DNA from: Pristiophorus japonicus
Taxonomy: Eukaryota
Direction of reading: 5' to 3'
Assembly: GCF_044704955.1 (NCBI RefSeq)
Contig: NC_091992.1
Coordinates: 6,324,001 to 6,388,000 of the forward strand
Length of the DNA: 64,000 bases
The notes under the pieces were generated by a model that was not told the DNA's origin, did not search any database, and saw only the letters and a program-made list of their open reading frames with translations. The position numbers and the translations under genes were made by a program. Positions 35,784-49,438 of this stretch are shown in pieces; the first letter of the stretch is position 1, and each line of letters opens with the position of its first letter.

Positions 35784-36499
35784 CAAAATGAGCAGGCAGA
35801 TGCAGAATATCTATAAGGGCTTTAGGTCGGTGTGTTCATGGAGGCGGATGCTTTAGCGCAGCGGGTTTTTTGGATTCATTTTTCAGACATGAGTTCTGTG
35901 CAGCCCCAGTGACCAGAACCTGGGCTTAGAGCCACTATTTCCATTCCTGGGTTTGAAAGAGTTGCTGCGGGGAAGGGCGAATTAGAGGAGGGAAGGTTAC
36001 TATTTCTGTACATTTGGTCTTTACTTGTGGTGCAGCACTGATCAGATAATACGATCCTGACAAGAGCCTGATACGAACAGCACGCACAGTCAGATCCCGT
36101 GAGCCACGGGCTATCCAGGCATGTCTGAAATCGCTTACAGATGGTCTGGGCTTCTTGTGGAAGGGGAAAGTGAAATGAGCATTAACATATTCAACACACC
36201 TTAATGGCTCAGTGCCACAGCAAATTACCTATTGTGCTTTATAATGTGTTGCTCCCCCCCCCCCCATCTATTTCCACCCCCACCCCGGTAGGACTGGGAT
36301 ATTCCTGGCACAGGGTTTGGGCATTTGCAGCAACACAGCAGATTGAGGGAACTTCAGCTGTGTCCTTTCTGCCCAACTCGGCAAGCTCCCTGTGGCCTGT
36401 GCCCACCCTCTGAGAAGATAAAATTGCATTCTCAACACTGTCGAGCCTGGTGGATGGATGTAAAAGGTGTTCTGGATCTATGGGTATCACTTGATGGAA

Positions 36500-36830
36500 A
36501 ACGACAACAACTTTAATTTATATAACGCCTTTGGCGTAGTAAAACATCCCAAGCCACTTGCCTGCAGCATTATCAAAACAAAATTTGACACCGAGCCACC
36601 GAGATACTAGGACAGCTGACCAAAACATTGGTCAAAGTGGTAGATTTTAAGGAGCAACTTAAAGGAGGTGAGAGAGGTTCATGGAGGGAATTCTATAGCT
36701 TAGGGTCTAGGCAGCGGAAGGTATGGCCGCCAATGGTGAAGCAATTGAAATTGGGGATACACAAGATGCAAGAATTGGAGGAGTGCAGAGTTCTCGGAGG
36801 GCTGTAGGGTTGGGGGAGCTTACAGAGATT
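36500..36830 (-). mobile_element. L2 LINE 3' fragment
   Basis: Reverse complement of the L2 3' end and tail. Confidence 0.8.
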
Positions 36831-37204
36831 TTCCTCATTTCCTACCTTAAAAATTCTTTAAACTTGTTGTTGAAAAGGTTACAGTTGGCTGTTAATTAGA
36901 AAAAGAGTATAATTAAAATAAAAACACAAGAGGCAGAGAAAGATTTGGGAAGAGGAGAGAACAAGGAGGAAAAAGCAGGACTGGTTTAACATTTTATTGT
37001 GTGAAATGTGTTTTAGGTGTTTAGAATTTAAGAGTTAATTTACATCAAAGGAGCCATTGCTGATTTTTGACAAGTTTTATTACTGTATTTAAGAAATATC
37101 TTGTATTTATATAACGCTTTTCACAAGAGTCAAGTTTCATAATGTCCCAGCCAGTGAAGTACTTTTGAAATGTAGTCACTGTTGTAATGTAGGAAATACT
37201 ACCG

Positions 37205-37720
37205 TCATCCAAAACTCGGCAGCCTGTGTCCTAACTCGCACCAAGTCCCGTTCACTCATCACCCCCTGTGCTTGCTGAACTACATTGGCTCTCTCGCAAC
37301 GCCTCGATTTCAAAATTCTCATCCTTGTTTACAAATCCCTCCATGGCCTCACCCCTCCCTATCTCTGTAATCTCCTCCAGCCCCACAACCCCCTGAGATG
37401 TCTGCGTTCCTCAAATACTGCCCTTTTGAGCATCTCTGATTATAATCGCTCAACCATTGGTGGCCGTGCCTTCAGCTGCCTGGGCCCTAAGCTCTGGAAC
37501 TCCCTCCCTAAACCTCTCCACCTCTCTGCCTCTCTCTCCTCCTTTAACACGCTCCTTAAAACCTACCTCTTTGACCAAGCTTTTGGTCACCTGTCGTAAT
37601 TTCTTCTTTTGTGGCTCAGTGTCAAATTTATTTGTTTGTTTTTTTTCACACCCCTGTGAAGTGGCTTGGAATGTTTTACTGCATTAAAAGTGCTATATAA
37701 ATATAAGTTGTTGTTGTTAT
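37205..37720 (+). mobile_element. L2 LINE 3' fragment
   Basis: ORF 37285-37599 RLDFKILILVYKSLHGLTPPYL...GGRAFSCLGPKLWNSLP...LKTYLFDQAF; (gtt)n tail. Confidence 0.92.
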
Positions 37721-38351
37721 ACTAATTTGTTTAATCATTTTGGTGCATGAGCTAAAATCCTATGGAAACGGTCGGTACAGGGAGACTGGAGTTTACCTGA
37801 ACCTACAGGCAGTCCGAGGGTTAATGTTGGTCATAGGACAGCAAATACACTGTCAACCTGCACAAAAAAAATAACCTGTACAGGAAAGGGTTAAAGCAAC
37901 ACGAATGGTAAATTTGGTAAATGAGATGCGGGGGAAACTTTGGGTAAAACTAGAATAAACAATCTCTAATGGTTTAACAGTTCATTTTCAAAATGGTCTC
38001 TTTTTTAAGCTGTTGTGGATGACCCAGTGTTGGTCTTGTTACAAAGAGATTCATTTATTGAAATCAGTGACAGCTTCCAGGCATCCGGTCAGAAGGACAC
38101 ACATCCTGTGCTGATCCGATGAACCATTTTTCATGCAGCAAGTGTTTATAATCTACCATTCCGGTTGTGGCTTTAACCCCCTCACGTACAGGACTGCTCA
38201 CCGGCAGTAATCAGCGCTGAAATGACCGTCTGCTTTGACCATCTGGCCACCTGGCAGGCACAGGATGGGTAAGGGACCCCTTCAAACTCTTGCCCAGAGC
38301 GGGGTCGGCGCTTTCAGTTCCTGGGGCTGCCAGTTGCTCCTATCCACCTCA

Positions 38352-38835
38352 CTACAACAACGTGCATTTATATAGCGCCTTTAACAGTAAAACTGTCCCA
38401 AGTCGCTTCACAGCAGCGTTATTGGACAAAGTTTGACACCCACCCACATAAAGAGATAATACGACAGGTGACCAACAGCTCAGTAAAAAGAGGTAGGTTT
38501 TAAGGAGCGACTTAAAGGGGGGGAGAGAGAGGCGCTGAGGTTTAGGGAGGGAGTTCCAGAGTTGAGGATCTTGGCGGCTGAAGGCACGGTCGCCATTGCC
38601 TCGTGCGAATGAATTCAGGGATGCGCAAGAAACCAGATTTGGATATGCAGAGATCTCGGAGGGCTGGAGGTGGTCACAGAGATTGGAAGGGGCGAGGCCT
38701 TGGAGGGGTTTGAGCACATGGATGAGAATTTTACAATTGAGGCATTGCCAGACCGGGAGCCAATGTGGGTCAGTGAGCTCGGGTGATGGGTGAACGGGAC
38801 TTGGCACGAGTTAGGATACGGCCAGCAGAGTTTTG
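38352..38835 (-). mobile_element. L2 LINE 3' fragment
   Basis: ORF 38352-38807 HWLPV...RAFS...LWNSLP...LKTYLF. Confidence 0.88.
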
Positions 38836-40290
38836 GATGGGGTGCAGTTCACTGAGGGTGGTCGGTAGGAGGCTGGCCAGGAGAGCATTTGTATAATCTT
38901 ACCCCCCTGGGAGTTCCTAGCCTGGATCTCCAGAGAGACGGTTAGGCCAAAACAGAAAGCAGTTAACCACATGGAGAGGTTGCTGGAAGAAATCTGGAAA
39001 TGGAGGCTGGTGCGGGGGCAATGTGGCAACCAATAGGGTCGAATGCAAGGAGAATATTTGAGACTTTCTCCAAGCTGCCTTGATGCCTTAGGCCACGTTG
39101 TAAACCCAAGCTCCCACACCAAATCCGTACTGTCCTGAGCTAGGCTCCGTGTCACCTCTATTCCTGTTTATTATCCAGTAACCCCCACCAGGCAGCGAGA
39201 GTGTGGGTGGGCATCATCCAAAGGCATCACTAGGCTCCACCCATCACGGTCACATAGCCAGCCAGGTGTCACCGGGCTCTTTCATGAGGACTAACTCACC
39301 CTAGGGTGAGCTGCAGTGGAATTGATCCTGAACCAATCAGCACCTTCAAGGAAGAAGGGGAAAACCAATTGGTGAGGAGACGACGGCCATCCCGAGCTGA
39401 CTCAGGAATTAATCTGGGCCACAGCACCAGTCTGTTCTGGGTAGCTCGCTCTTTCTCTCTCTCCACATGCATTTTTGTTACAAATTACAATTTTCCTGAT
39501 CAAAACATTAGCTCCTTCTCTGTCCCCGGCCCTCACGCAACTATCTAAACATCCCAAAGGTTACAAAAAGGTTAAATGGGATTTCTGGGGCCAGCGAATG
39601 CAGGTTTTTTTTTAAAAGGCATGAAAGAAACCGATCCAGTTTTCATTCCCTGCCTCACTCCTCATTTCAGAGACTTGCTGCTCGAACTTTGTCCTGCCTT
39701 TGTGGTGAGCAGATGTTCGAGGTGCATGTACGTGGCTCTTTTCATTGAGGCCAGCCCAAACTGGGGGCAAAAGCTAGGTGCACTTTGTATCGCAAAAGGT
39801 CTAGAGGTTCAGAATTGGACTGAACAACAACAACAAACAGACGCTCTGAAATCAATTCACTGTGTGCTGCACTTGGAGAATTTCTTTGACTGAGCAAGTG
39901 TCCACATCTTTCTTCCTCACTGCTCTTGGTGGAGATGCTGGGAACCTCTGCAATTTTCTGGCTGATAATTAACAAATACCTGCTTATACTCGGGGTTGGG
40001 TGAGCTGTACCTCAGGCCAAGGATGTTAAAGGTCAGAGTCCATAATGCAGTACACGCCAAGGTCCAAAAGAGCAAAAGTGAAGGTGAGTCAAATCATGAA
40101 GAAGTGATTGGGTGACGCCAAGATTAGATTTTCAAAGCTTGTTGGAGGCAGCGAAGACTGAGTAAAGAATTCCACAGTTTTGAGTTCCGAGGAATGATTG
40201 TTAGATAGAGTAGGAGATGAGTCTTCGCTTCACAACACATTGAGGATGTAAGAGGATGAATATTGTGTCAGTTGCTGTAATTAAGGCCCT

Positions 40291-40880
40291 AGTCTCTGCC
40301 CACCCCCAGTCCCTGCCCAGCCCCACTCCCAGTCTCTGCCCTCCCCCAGTGCCTGCCCAGCCCCACCCCCAGTCTCTGCCCACCCCCAGTCCCTGCCCAG
40401 CCCCACCCCCAGTCTCTGCCCACCCCCAGTCCCTGCCCAGCCCCAACCCCAGTCTCTGCCCACCCCCAGTCCCTGCCCAGCCCCTGCCCAGTCCCTGCCC
40501 GCCCCATGCTCTGCCCAGCCCCACCCCCAATCTCTGCCCACCCCCAGTCCCTGCCCAGCCCCACCCCCAGTCTCTGCCCACCCCCAGCCCCTGCCCAGCC
40601 CCAGTCCCTGCCCGCCCCATGCTCTGCCCAACCCCACCCCCAGTCCCTGCCCAATCCCCGGTCCCTGCCCAGCCCAAGACCCTGCCCACCCCCCCCCACC
40701 CCGCAGTTCCTGCCCAGCCCACCCACCCCCAGTCCCTACCCAACCCCGGTCCCTGCCCCCCCGCCCCCCCCAGTCCCTGTCCACCCCTGGTTCCTGCCCA
40801 TCCCCCCCCCCAGTCACTGCCCACCCCTGGTCCCTGCCCACTCCCACCCCCAGTCCCTGCCTACCCCCAGTCTCTGCCCA
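40291..40880. repeat. C-rich/G-rich minisatellite (~40-bp higher-order unit)
   Basis: cccagtctctgcccacccccagtccctgcccagccccacc; decays towards the right. Confidence 0.93.
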
Positions 40881-41362
40881 AGAGAATATTATGTGATACA
40901 AGAGAATGGTGAAATTTAGGAAAGATTACAAACCAGCCAAAACTTGGTGATTTAAGTGGTGCTTTTATGTGTTCACATGTGCCAGAAACTTGATGAAATT
41001 TTCCATTTCCAAAATTAACCCATTTATTGAGCTGTTTCATGTGACAAGAGAACTGAAGCAGCCTAATCTTTACGTGCCCTCCTTGTCATGTCCTCTGCTC
41101 TCCATGCTGGGCCATAATTGCAGCTGCTATCCAGCACCTTATCAGAGTGGCTGTTTCTCCAGAGGGAATCTCTGGGACAGCGAGTGTCAGCAAGCTATTC
41201 AAATAGGAGGTGATCAGTGTGGCATCCACCCAATCCTCAACTGATAACGACACGTGCGGGGGGAGGGTTCATTGGATTTAATCATGGACAAAGACTCGTC
41301 CTAATACCTGCCACCCCCCGCCCCCGGACCAGACCGATTCTTGACTGGGACAGAGATATAAT

Positions 41363-42635
41363 CATACCATAGAATCATAAGTTTACAGCACGGAAGGAGG
41401 CCATTTCGGCCCATCGTATCCATGCCGACCAACAAGAAGCTATCCAGTCTAATCCCACTTTCCAGCTCTAGGTCCGTAGCCCTGCAGGTTACAGCACTTC
41501 AGGTACATATCCAAGTACTTTCTCAATGTGGTGAGGGTTTCTGTCTCTACCACTCTTTCAGACATTGAGTTCCAGACCCCCACAACCGTCTGTGTGAAGA
41601 AATTTCCCCTCAAATCCCTTCCCCCGCTACCAATTACTTTAAATTTATACCCCCTGGTTGTTGACCCTCTGCTAAAGGAAATAGGCCCTTTCTATCCACT
41701 ATATCCAGGCCCCTCATAATTTTATACACCTCAATGAGGTCTCCCCTCAGCCTCCTCTGTTCCAATTAAAACAAATCCAAATCTAATCTGTCCTCGTAGC
41801 TTAGAATCTCCACTCCCGGCAACATCCTCGTAAATGTCCTCTGTACCCTCTCCAGTGCAATCATGTCCTTCCTGTAATGCGGTGACCAGAACTGCACGCA
41901 GTACTCTAGCTGTGGCCTAACTAGTGCTTTATACAGTTCAAGCATAACCACCCTGCTCTTGTATTCTATGCCTCAGCTAATAAAGCAAGCATTCCATATG
42001 CCTTCTTAACCACCTTATCTACCTGACCTACTACTTTCAGGGATCTGTGGACATGCACTCCAAGGTCCCTTTGTTCCTCTACACTTCTCAGTATCCCACC
42101 ATTTAATGTGTATTACCTATCCTTGCTAGCCCTCCCCAAATACATTACCTCACACTTCTCTGGATTAAATTCCATTTGCCACTGTTCTGCCCACCTGACC
42201 AGTTGATTGATATCTTCCTGCAGTCCGCAGCTTTCTTCTTCATTATCAACCACACAGTCGATTTTATCATCCGCAAACTTCTTAATCTTACCCCTATATT
42301 CAAGTCTAGATCATTGATGTATATCGCAAAAAGCAAGGGATCTAGTTCTGAGTCCTGCAGAACCCCACTGGAAACATCCTTCCAGTCGCAAAAATACCCA
42401 TCAACCATTACACTTTGCTTCCTGCCTCTGAGCCAACTTTGGATCCAACTTGCCACTTTGCCCTGGATCCCATGGGCTTTTACTTTTGTGACCAGTCTGC
42501 CATGTGGGACCTTATCAAAACTTTCCTAAAATCCATAGACACTACATCATACGCTTTGCCTTCATCGACCCTCCTGGTTATCTCCTTGAAAAATTCCATC
42601 GGGTTAGTCAGAGACGACCTTCCCTTAACAAATGA
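41363..42635 (-). mobile_element. CR1 LINE 3' ~1.3 kb, decayed
   Basis: [19 protein letters not shown]; SGVLQDSELDPLLFAIYINDLD; catagaatcat tail. Confidence 0.9.
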
Positions 42636-42920
42636 AGGCAAGTGTCTTGATAGGTAACACTTGGTCCATGTAATTTCCTGGACTCGTTTTGATTGGCTGT
42701 AGGGGTCGGAGAGGAATTTTCCCGAGTATTTCCCTTATTGATCCTGGGTTTTTTCTCTAGTTTTTTTCCTCTCCCAGGAGGAGATTACATGGCGGAGTGA
42801 GGGGGTGGGGTGGGGGTAGCGAGGAAGTGTTCAGTCATGATGCTCTGGACATCATGATGAGGGGTGGCTTGATGGACCAGCTGGTCTTTTCCTGCCCGTC
42901 AGTTTTGTATGTTTGTACAT
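42636..42920 (+). mobile_element. CR1-type 3' UTR fragment of a different family
   Basis: ggggtcggagaggaattttccc...gatggaccagctggtctttt...gtatgtttgta tail. Confidence 0.5.
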
Positions 42921-44071
42921 AACCCAAGCTCAGTTGTTGTCTGGTGATCGGACCTTCGTGGGGCTGTAGTATTAAACTGGGCAGTACACTTAGTGGTTTG
43001 AAACCATTGCGTCTGGGGCGGGGTGTGAGAGCAGTCTTTTCTAACACTGCCACTCCTGCCCTAGGTGTGATTTCTAAAACGTCTAGTTTCTAATTCTGAT
43101 GATACATTCCACATCAGAGAGGCTCAGCGATGAACAGCTAATCTGAGATCCTCCTGTTCTTTTATTAAAAATAATTGTCCCAGTTCTCCGTGTGTGGAGC
43201 CTGGGGCCAGCTGTCTGCTCTTAGATGCTGCACTCACTACTTAAGAGACACTAAAGATAGAAAAGGGAAGGAGCAAACATTAAGGTTGGATCTGAAAAGG
43301 CCGGCACTTTGCAAGAAAGGCCAGTGTGTGAAAAGAGTGGCCAGCATTTTCCTCCACTCCAAGGAGAGAATTGTGTCGCACTGATTCGAGAATGCTGCAT
43401 TCATTGCCCGCGAGCCTGACTGTAATTCACAGTGACAGTATGAGATGATGAGGAAGAATCTCTTCTATTCAGAGCTGCCCCAGCTTCCCCTTCACTGACA
43501 CATCAGGACTTGATGTCATTGTATCGTTTATGCAGCCTGCCGCTCTGTCACTTGTGGGTAGAATGAGTTCTGCCCTCTCGGCAAATGGTTCTTTAGACCA
43601 ATTTGCAGGAGAGCGGGTTGAGGGGGCGGGGGGCGGCGGGGGGGAGAGAGGAGAGTTACTTTACAAAGCAGGGCGGTCTCTGCTTAATCATTGGACGAGA
43701 GCAGGGGCAAAGTGTGATGGGCCGGTTCATTGACCCAGTGAGAGAGATGGTGTCGCTGACCTATCGGCACCGCCTATAGGAAGCGCGGTAAGCTGCCGAA
43801 CTGTGCACTGTTCCACCACCTGAATTACAGGCCAGTTTATCACACCGTTAGTATTGATACAAAGCAGTTTGGGCTTCACATCGACACAAGTTCAGCATGG
43901 TATAGTCTTAATTCAAATTATCTGATCATTCCATTTGTTAGCCCTAAATTCCCTCCTTGCTGTAAAGTTTACATTGCTTGATTCAAATTATTGAATAATT
44001 CAAAAAAAATTTAGTTCAAAACTTGGATCGCTAAGCCTCCTGGCACTCTTAACAGGTACCAGTATCAAACT

Positions 44072-44705
44072 GGTGAAATCAAACTCTGCTGCTCATAACC
44101 TAATCCGTATCAATTCGCGTTCACCCACCACGCCTGTACTCCTGGTTCGGCAACGTCACGATTTTAAATTTCTCATCCTTGTTTACCAATCCCACCACGG
44201 CCTTGCCGCTCCCTTTCTCTGTAACCTCCACCAGTGCCTACAACCCTTCGCGATCTCTTGTACTTGGATATGCACTTGAAGTGCCAGAGCCTACAAGGCT
44301 AAGGACCAAGAGTTGGAAAGTGGGATTGGGCTGGATAGCTCTTTCTCGGCCAGCACAGACACGATGGGCCGAATGGCCTCCTTCTGTGCCGTAAATTTCT
44401 ATGATTCTGCGCTCCTCCAATTCTGTCCTCTTGGGCATGCCCGATTTTCATCGCATCCCCATTGGCGGTCATGCGTTCTGCTGCCGAGGCCCAAAGGTCT
44501 GGAATTTCCTCCCTAAACCTCTACCTCTCTCCTCTCCTTTAAGATGCTCCTTAAAACCTACCTCTTTGACCGAGCTTTTGAGCACCTGTCCTAATAATCT
44601 CCTTATGTGGCTCAGTGTCAAATATTGTCTGATAACGCTCCTGTGAAGTGCCTTGGGACATTTTACTATGTTAAAGTCGGTATATAAATGCATGTTGTTG
44701 TTACT
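44072..44705 (+). mobile_element. L2 3' fragment with a short CR1 tail insertion (~44259-44407)
   Basis: L2 cgatctct|...|gcgctcctccaattc is split by gtacttggatatgc...gggccgaatggcctcc...ttctatgattct. Confidence 0.85.
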
Positions 44706-45231
44706 CTTGTAACTCTCCTTTTTGGAGGGAGGCGCTGTTGTAATAATGCTCGTGTACATCTGCTTGTGTTCTTTGTTTTGGTATAAAGTATGTTCTGACA
44801 ACACTCCCAGCTGAGCTGCCCTTGCCTGTATCACTCTGTCTTTAATCATTCAAGTAACTTGCCAATCTAGTTAAGAATTGACCTGCGAACCAGCCTTGGG
44901 GTAGAGATTGCAAAATTTGATATGGCGATTGATTCTGATGGCTTTTTCTCATTTTTGTTTGGATTTTGAGGATTTTCGGCTGATGAAAGGAACATTTTAT
45001 CCACCCCAGTCATGCTCTGTGGAAAAATGCCCCTTACATTTCCATTTCTTACATCAACCATCTCTTTGTGGTAACCTTCGGCGAGATTGCCAACAGCTCC
45101 ACATTACTGGTGTGTTTGTTTTATGTTGTGTGCCTACATCCACTGAGAGCGGGTTTGAAACAACCCAAACTCGTTTTATTTTTGATTTTTTACTGTCAAC
45201 TCGCCCTGTCAGTCTAGGATGGATTCAGGTC

Positions 45232-45608
45232 CTGGCACATCCATGGTAAATGAGCCAAAGGAGGACAGCGGAAACGTTATAAGGACACCCTCAAAGCCTC
45301 CCTGGTTAAGTGCGACATCGCCACTGACACCTGGGAGACCCTGGCCGCAGACCATCCGAGGTGGAGAAAGTCCATCCGGGAGGGCGTTGTGCTCTTCAAG
45401 TCTCGACGCAAAGAGCATGAAGAGGCCAGGTGCAGGCAGCAGAAGGAGCGCGCGGCAAACCAGCCCCACCGACCACTTCCCTCGACGAATGTCTGTCCCA
45501 CCTGTAACAGGGTCTATGGCTCTCGTATCAAACTGTTCAACCATCAAGGAACTCATTTTGGGAGTGGAGGCAAGTCCTCCTTGATTCTGAGGGACTGCCT
45601 ATGATGAC
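45232..45608 (+). mobile_element. RTE-clade LINE 3' fragment
   Basis: CPTCNRVYGSRIKLFNHQGTH; tail gagggactgcctatgatga. Confidence 0.85.
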
Positions 45609-45759
45609 CAGGGATGGAGAGCATTGATCAGACTGCCCTGGTAATAAATGTGAGGCCTACCTCAGACATCCTTTGGGGTTCAGTGGTGCTGCTCACTCCC
45701 ATGAGTGGTTTTGGGTGACTTATGTTCTGGTGTATGCCTGTACTTTAAACAAAATAATT

Positions 45760-46230
45760 CTCAGGATGTGGGCGCCGCTGGTAAGACAGGCATTTATTGC
45801 CCATCCCGACTTCCTCTTACAAGGTTGTGGTTGGCCTTCTTCGAGAACCCCTGATAGAAGTTGAATGGCTTGCTAGGCAACCCCATTGGTGTGGGACTAG
45901 AGCCACATATAAAGCCAGACCCCATCGGATGCTTGCCTAAAGGAGATTAGTGAACCAGTTAGTTACGACAATCCCACAGCTCCATGGTCACTTCTACCGA
46001 TGGGAGCTTTATTTTGCGATTTATTTTTAAACTGAATGGTGCCACAGTGGGATTTGAACTCACGTTCTACTTGATTATTAGTTCAGGACTCTGGATTACT
46101 AGTCCACTAACATAACTAGTGTACTAGCCAGTATCTAATTTTTTTTAATTTGTTCCTGGAATGTGGGCATCGCTGGCAAGGCCAGCATTTATTGCCGGTT
46201 CCTAATCACCCTTGAGAAGGTGATGGTTCA
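45760..46230. mobile_element. Decayed SINE/LINE-tail fragments, unassigned
   Basis: Two copies of gatgtgggc..cgctgg.aag..cagcatttattgcc; reverse-strand tRNA-like head (gtgggatttgaactc...ggattactagtcc). Confidence 0.5.
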
Positions 46231-46742
46231 ATATAAATGCAAGTTGTTGTTGATTGATGAGTTTGGGATGAGACAGTTGACCCTCATGGTATCAAATTGA
46301 AATAGACGGTGAGCTGTGACATTCCACAAACTGGCCCGCCTGGCTTTAATCCGTACCTTCAATGCCTGCAGCCTGTGGCCTTCTTTTTAAAAACCTGTGT
46401 GAATGCACTTTCTTTTAAAATACAAAACAACTCGATCCCCAAATCCTTTCCATCAATAATAATTTACTCAAAAAATCTGAAATGTGACAGTCTTTCTAAT
46501 ATAACAAAAAGGCTAAATTAAAAATCTGTGGGAAATGTCACGATAGTATTGATGGGGGCAGCAGTTGTAAGTGGCTGGTGAGTTAATTTAGCTGGCCCAA
46601 TGCAGATTGTGGGAACAGGAGAGAGTGTGTAAATAGGTACATGTCTCATTATGGATTGGTATTCGTCCAGCTTTTTTTCCTCCCCTTCAAACATCCCATG
46701 ACCCTGGAGGCTGCAAGTAGTCAACTGCCGTGGCTGTCAGTT

Positions 46743-47305
46743 ACATAAGAACATAAGAAATAGGAGCAGGAGTTGGCCATTTGGCCCCTCGAGCCTGCTC
46801 CGCCATTTAATAAGATCAATGCTGATCTGATCATGGACTCAGTTCCACTTCCCTGCCCGCTCCCTGTAACCCTTTACTCCCTTATCGCTCAGAAATCTGT
46901 CTATATCCGCCTTAAATATATTCAATGACCCAGCTTCCACAGCTCTCTGGGGCAAAGAATTCCACAGATTTACAATCCTCTGAGAGAAAATTTCTCCTCA
47001 TCTCAGTTTTAAATGGGCGGCCACTTATTCTTAGACTATGTCTCCTAGTTTTAGTTTCCCCTATGAGTGAAAATATCCTCTCTGCATCCATCTTGTCAAG
47101 CCCCCTCATTATCTTATAAGTTTCAATAAGATCACCTCTCATTCTTCTGAACTCCAATGTGTATAGGCCCAACCCACTCAATCTATCTTCTTAAGTCAAC
47201 CCCCTCATCTCCGGAATCAACCTAGTGAACCTTCTCTGAACAGCCTCCAATGCAAGTACATCCTTCCTTAAATACGGAGACCAAAACTGTACGCAGTACT
47301 CCAGT
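46743..47305 (-). mobile_element. CR1 3' fragment
   Basis: ORF 46912-47181; cataagaacataagaa tail. Confidence 0.9.
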
Positions 47306-47654
47306 TCTGTGACCCTCACCTGTACCGCTTCTTGTGCTCAGCTGATAGACAGTGTGTTCTGGCCTATATATCTCTTGCCTCCTATTGAGTCGGTCCCCTC
47401 AAGTCCACTCAGAATTGCACATGGCAGAGATCCGCAAAGTGCCATTTGGAGACTAGATCGGTCAGCTGAAGCTGGGAGTTGAGCCAAGGTCTCCAATCTG
47501 CGGTTTAGGGTGCTGGCATGCTGTGCCATCTGGCTGCCCGCTGACAGGTGTTCTCCAGTATAAACATCATTCATGATGTGGGTATGAATTCAGCCCAGAT
47601 TGATGGATGAAAATTCTCCACACTCTACTGGCCGTAAGGTATTTACATAAGGGC

Positions 47655-48105
47655 TTAAAGGATGAAATTATGGGGACGTGTTGCATAAACTTGCCTTCTA
47701 TTCCCTTGAGTTTAGAAGGTTGGGTGGGGATCTAATTGAGGTATTTAACATGTTTCAAGGATTCAATAGTATGGATACAGAAAACCAATTTCCTCTGGTG
47801 GGGGAGTCCACGCCAAGGGGAGATAATCTTCAATTTAGAGCTGGACCATTCAGGGGTGATTTCAGGAAGCACTTTTTCTACACAAAAGGTAATGGAAATC
47901 TGGAGCTCACTCCTCCAAAAGGCTGTGGGTGCTGGGGGTCAATTGAAATTTTCAAGACAGAGATCGAAAGATTTTTGTTAAGTAAGGGTATCAATGGATG
48001 TGGAACAAAGGCGGGAAAATGGAGTTGGGATACAGATCAGGCATGATCTGATTGAATGGTGGAACAAGCTCGAGGGGCTGAATGGCCAACTCCTGTTCCG
48101 AGGTT
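47655..48105 (+). mobile_element. Older CR1 3' fragment
   Basis: YSLEFRRLGGDLIEVF. Confidence 0.8.
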
Positions 48106-48271
48106 CCAATTAAAATTAATTTGCACAGTCACAATGCAGTTCCGAATGGGCATGGGCCCACAGTAAACAACTGTAAACCCCTATTTCACCCCTAATAGCC
48201 AATCTCACTTAGGCCATAGGACGGCTGGTATATGAAATAGAAAGTCACACTTGTGTGATAGGGAGCTTCTG

Positions 48272-48780
48272 AATTGGAGACAGTTCAGAGAAGGTTCACC
48301 AGGTTGATTCCTGGGATTAAGGGGTTGTCTTATGAGGAAAGATTGAGCAGGTTGGACCTGTACTCATTGGAGTATAGAAAAATGAGAGGTGATCTTATTG
48401 AAACTTTTAAGATTCTGAGGGGGCTTGACAGGTGGATGCCGAGAGGATGTTTTCCCTCGTGGGGGAATCTAGAACTAGAGGGCATAGTTTCAGAATAAGG
48501 GGTCGCCCATTTAAGACGGAGATGAGGAGGAAGTTCTTCTCTCAGAGGGTCGTGAATCTTTGCAATTCTCTACCACAGAGAGCTGTGGAGGCTGGGTCAT
48601 TGAATATATTTAAGGCTGAGTTAGACAGATTCTTGAACTATAGGGGAGTCAAGGGTTATGGGGAACAGGCAGGAAAAATGGAGTTGTGGCCAAGATCAGA
48701 TCAGCCATGATCTTATTTGAATGGCGGAGCAGGCTCGAGGAGCCATATGCCCTCCTCCTGCTCCTATTTCTTATGTTCTT
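48272..48780 (+). mobile_element. CR1 3' fragment
   Basis: [11 protein letters not shown]...RTRGHSFRIRG; ttcttatgttctt tail. Confidence 0.9.
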
Positions 48781-48884
48781 CTGAAGTTGGAGCAGAATAG
48801 AAGATTATGGGACCAAAACAGGCTATTCGAGCCATCAAAGTCTGCACTGGTGTTTTACTCCATATTAGTTACTCAGTATAATTC

Positions 48885-49285
48885 CACTCTCCCAGTTAAG
48901 CAACACCTCAATTTTAAAATTCTCATCCTCGTTTTCAAATCCCTTTCTGGCCTCGGCCCCTCCCTATCTCTCTTAACTCCTCCAACCCTGTAACCCTTCG
49001 AGATCTCCGCTCCTCCAATTCTGGCCGCTTGAGCAACCCGGTTTTAATCGTTCAACCATTAGTGGCCGTGCTTTCAGCTTCTAAAGCCCTAAGCTCTGGA
49101 ATTCCCTTGACCTCTCTTAAAATGCTCCTTAAAACCTACCGCTTTAACCAAGCTTTTGGTCATCTGCCCTAATATCTCCTTATGTGGCTCAGTTTCATAT
49201 TGGTTTATAACGTTCCTGTGAAGTGCCTTGGGACATTTTACTATGTTAAAGGTGCTATAGAAATACACGTTGTTGTTATTGTTCC
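48885..49285 (+). mobile_element. L2 3' fragment
   Basis: LPVKQHLNFKILILVFKSL...; L2 tail. Confidence 0.85.
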
Positions 49286-49438
49286 TCATACCCTTTAATG
49301 GTCTTTATCAAGCAATTCCTTTTTAAAAGATCTTATAACAACATAAGAAATAGGAGCAGGAGTAGGCCATTGGCTCCTCGAGCCTGCTCCGCCCTTCAAA
49401 AGAACAATTGAGATAAGGAGAGAGGCATACATTAAGTA

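Noticed and set aside
40201-40919. Pro-rich and Gly-rich ORFs on both strands
   Set aside because: Low-complexity minisatellite with no splice or homology support
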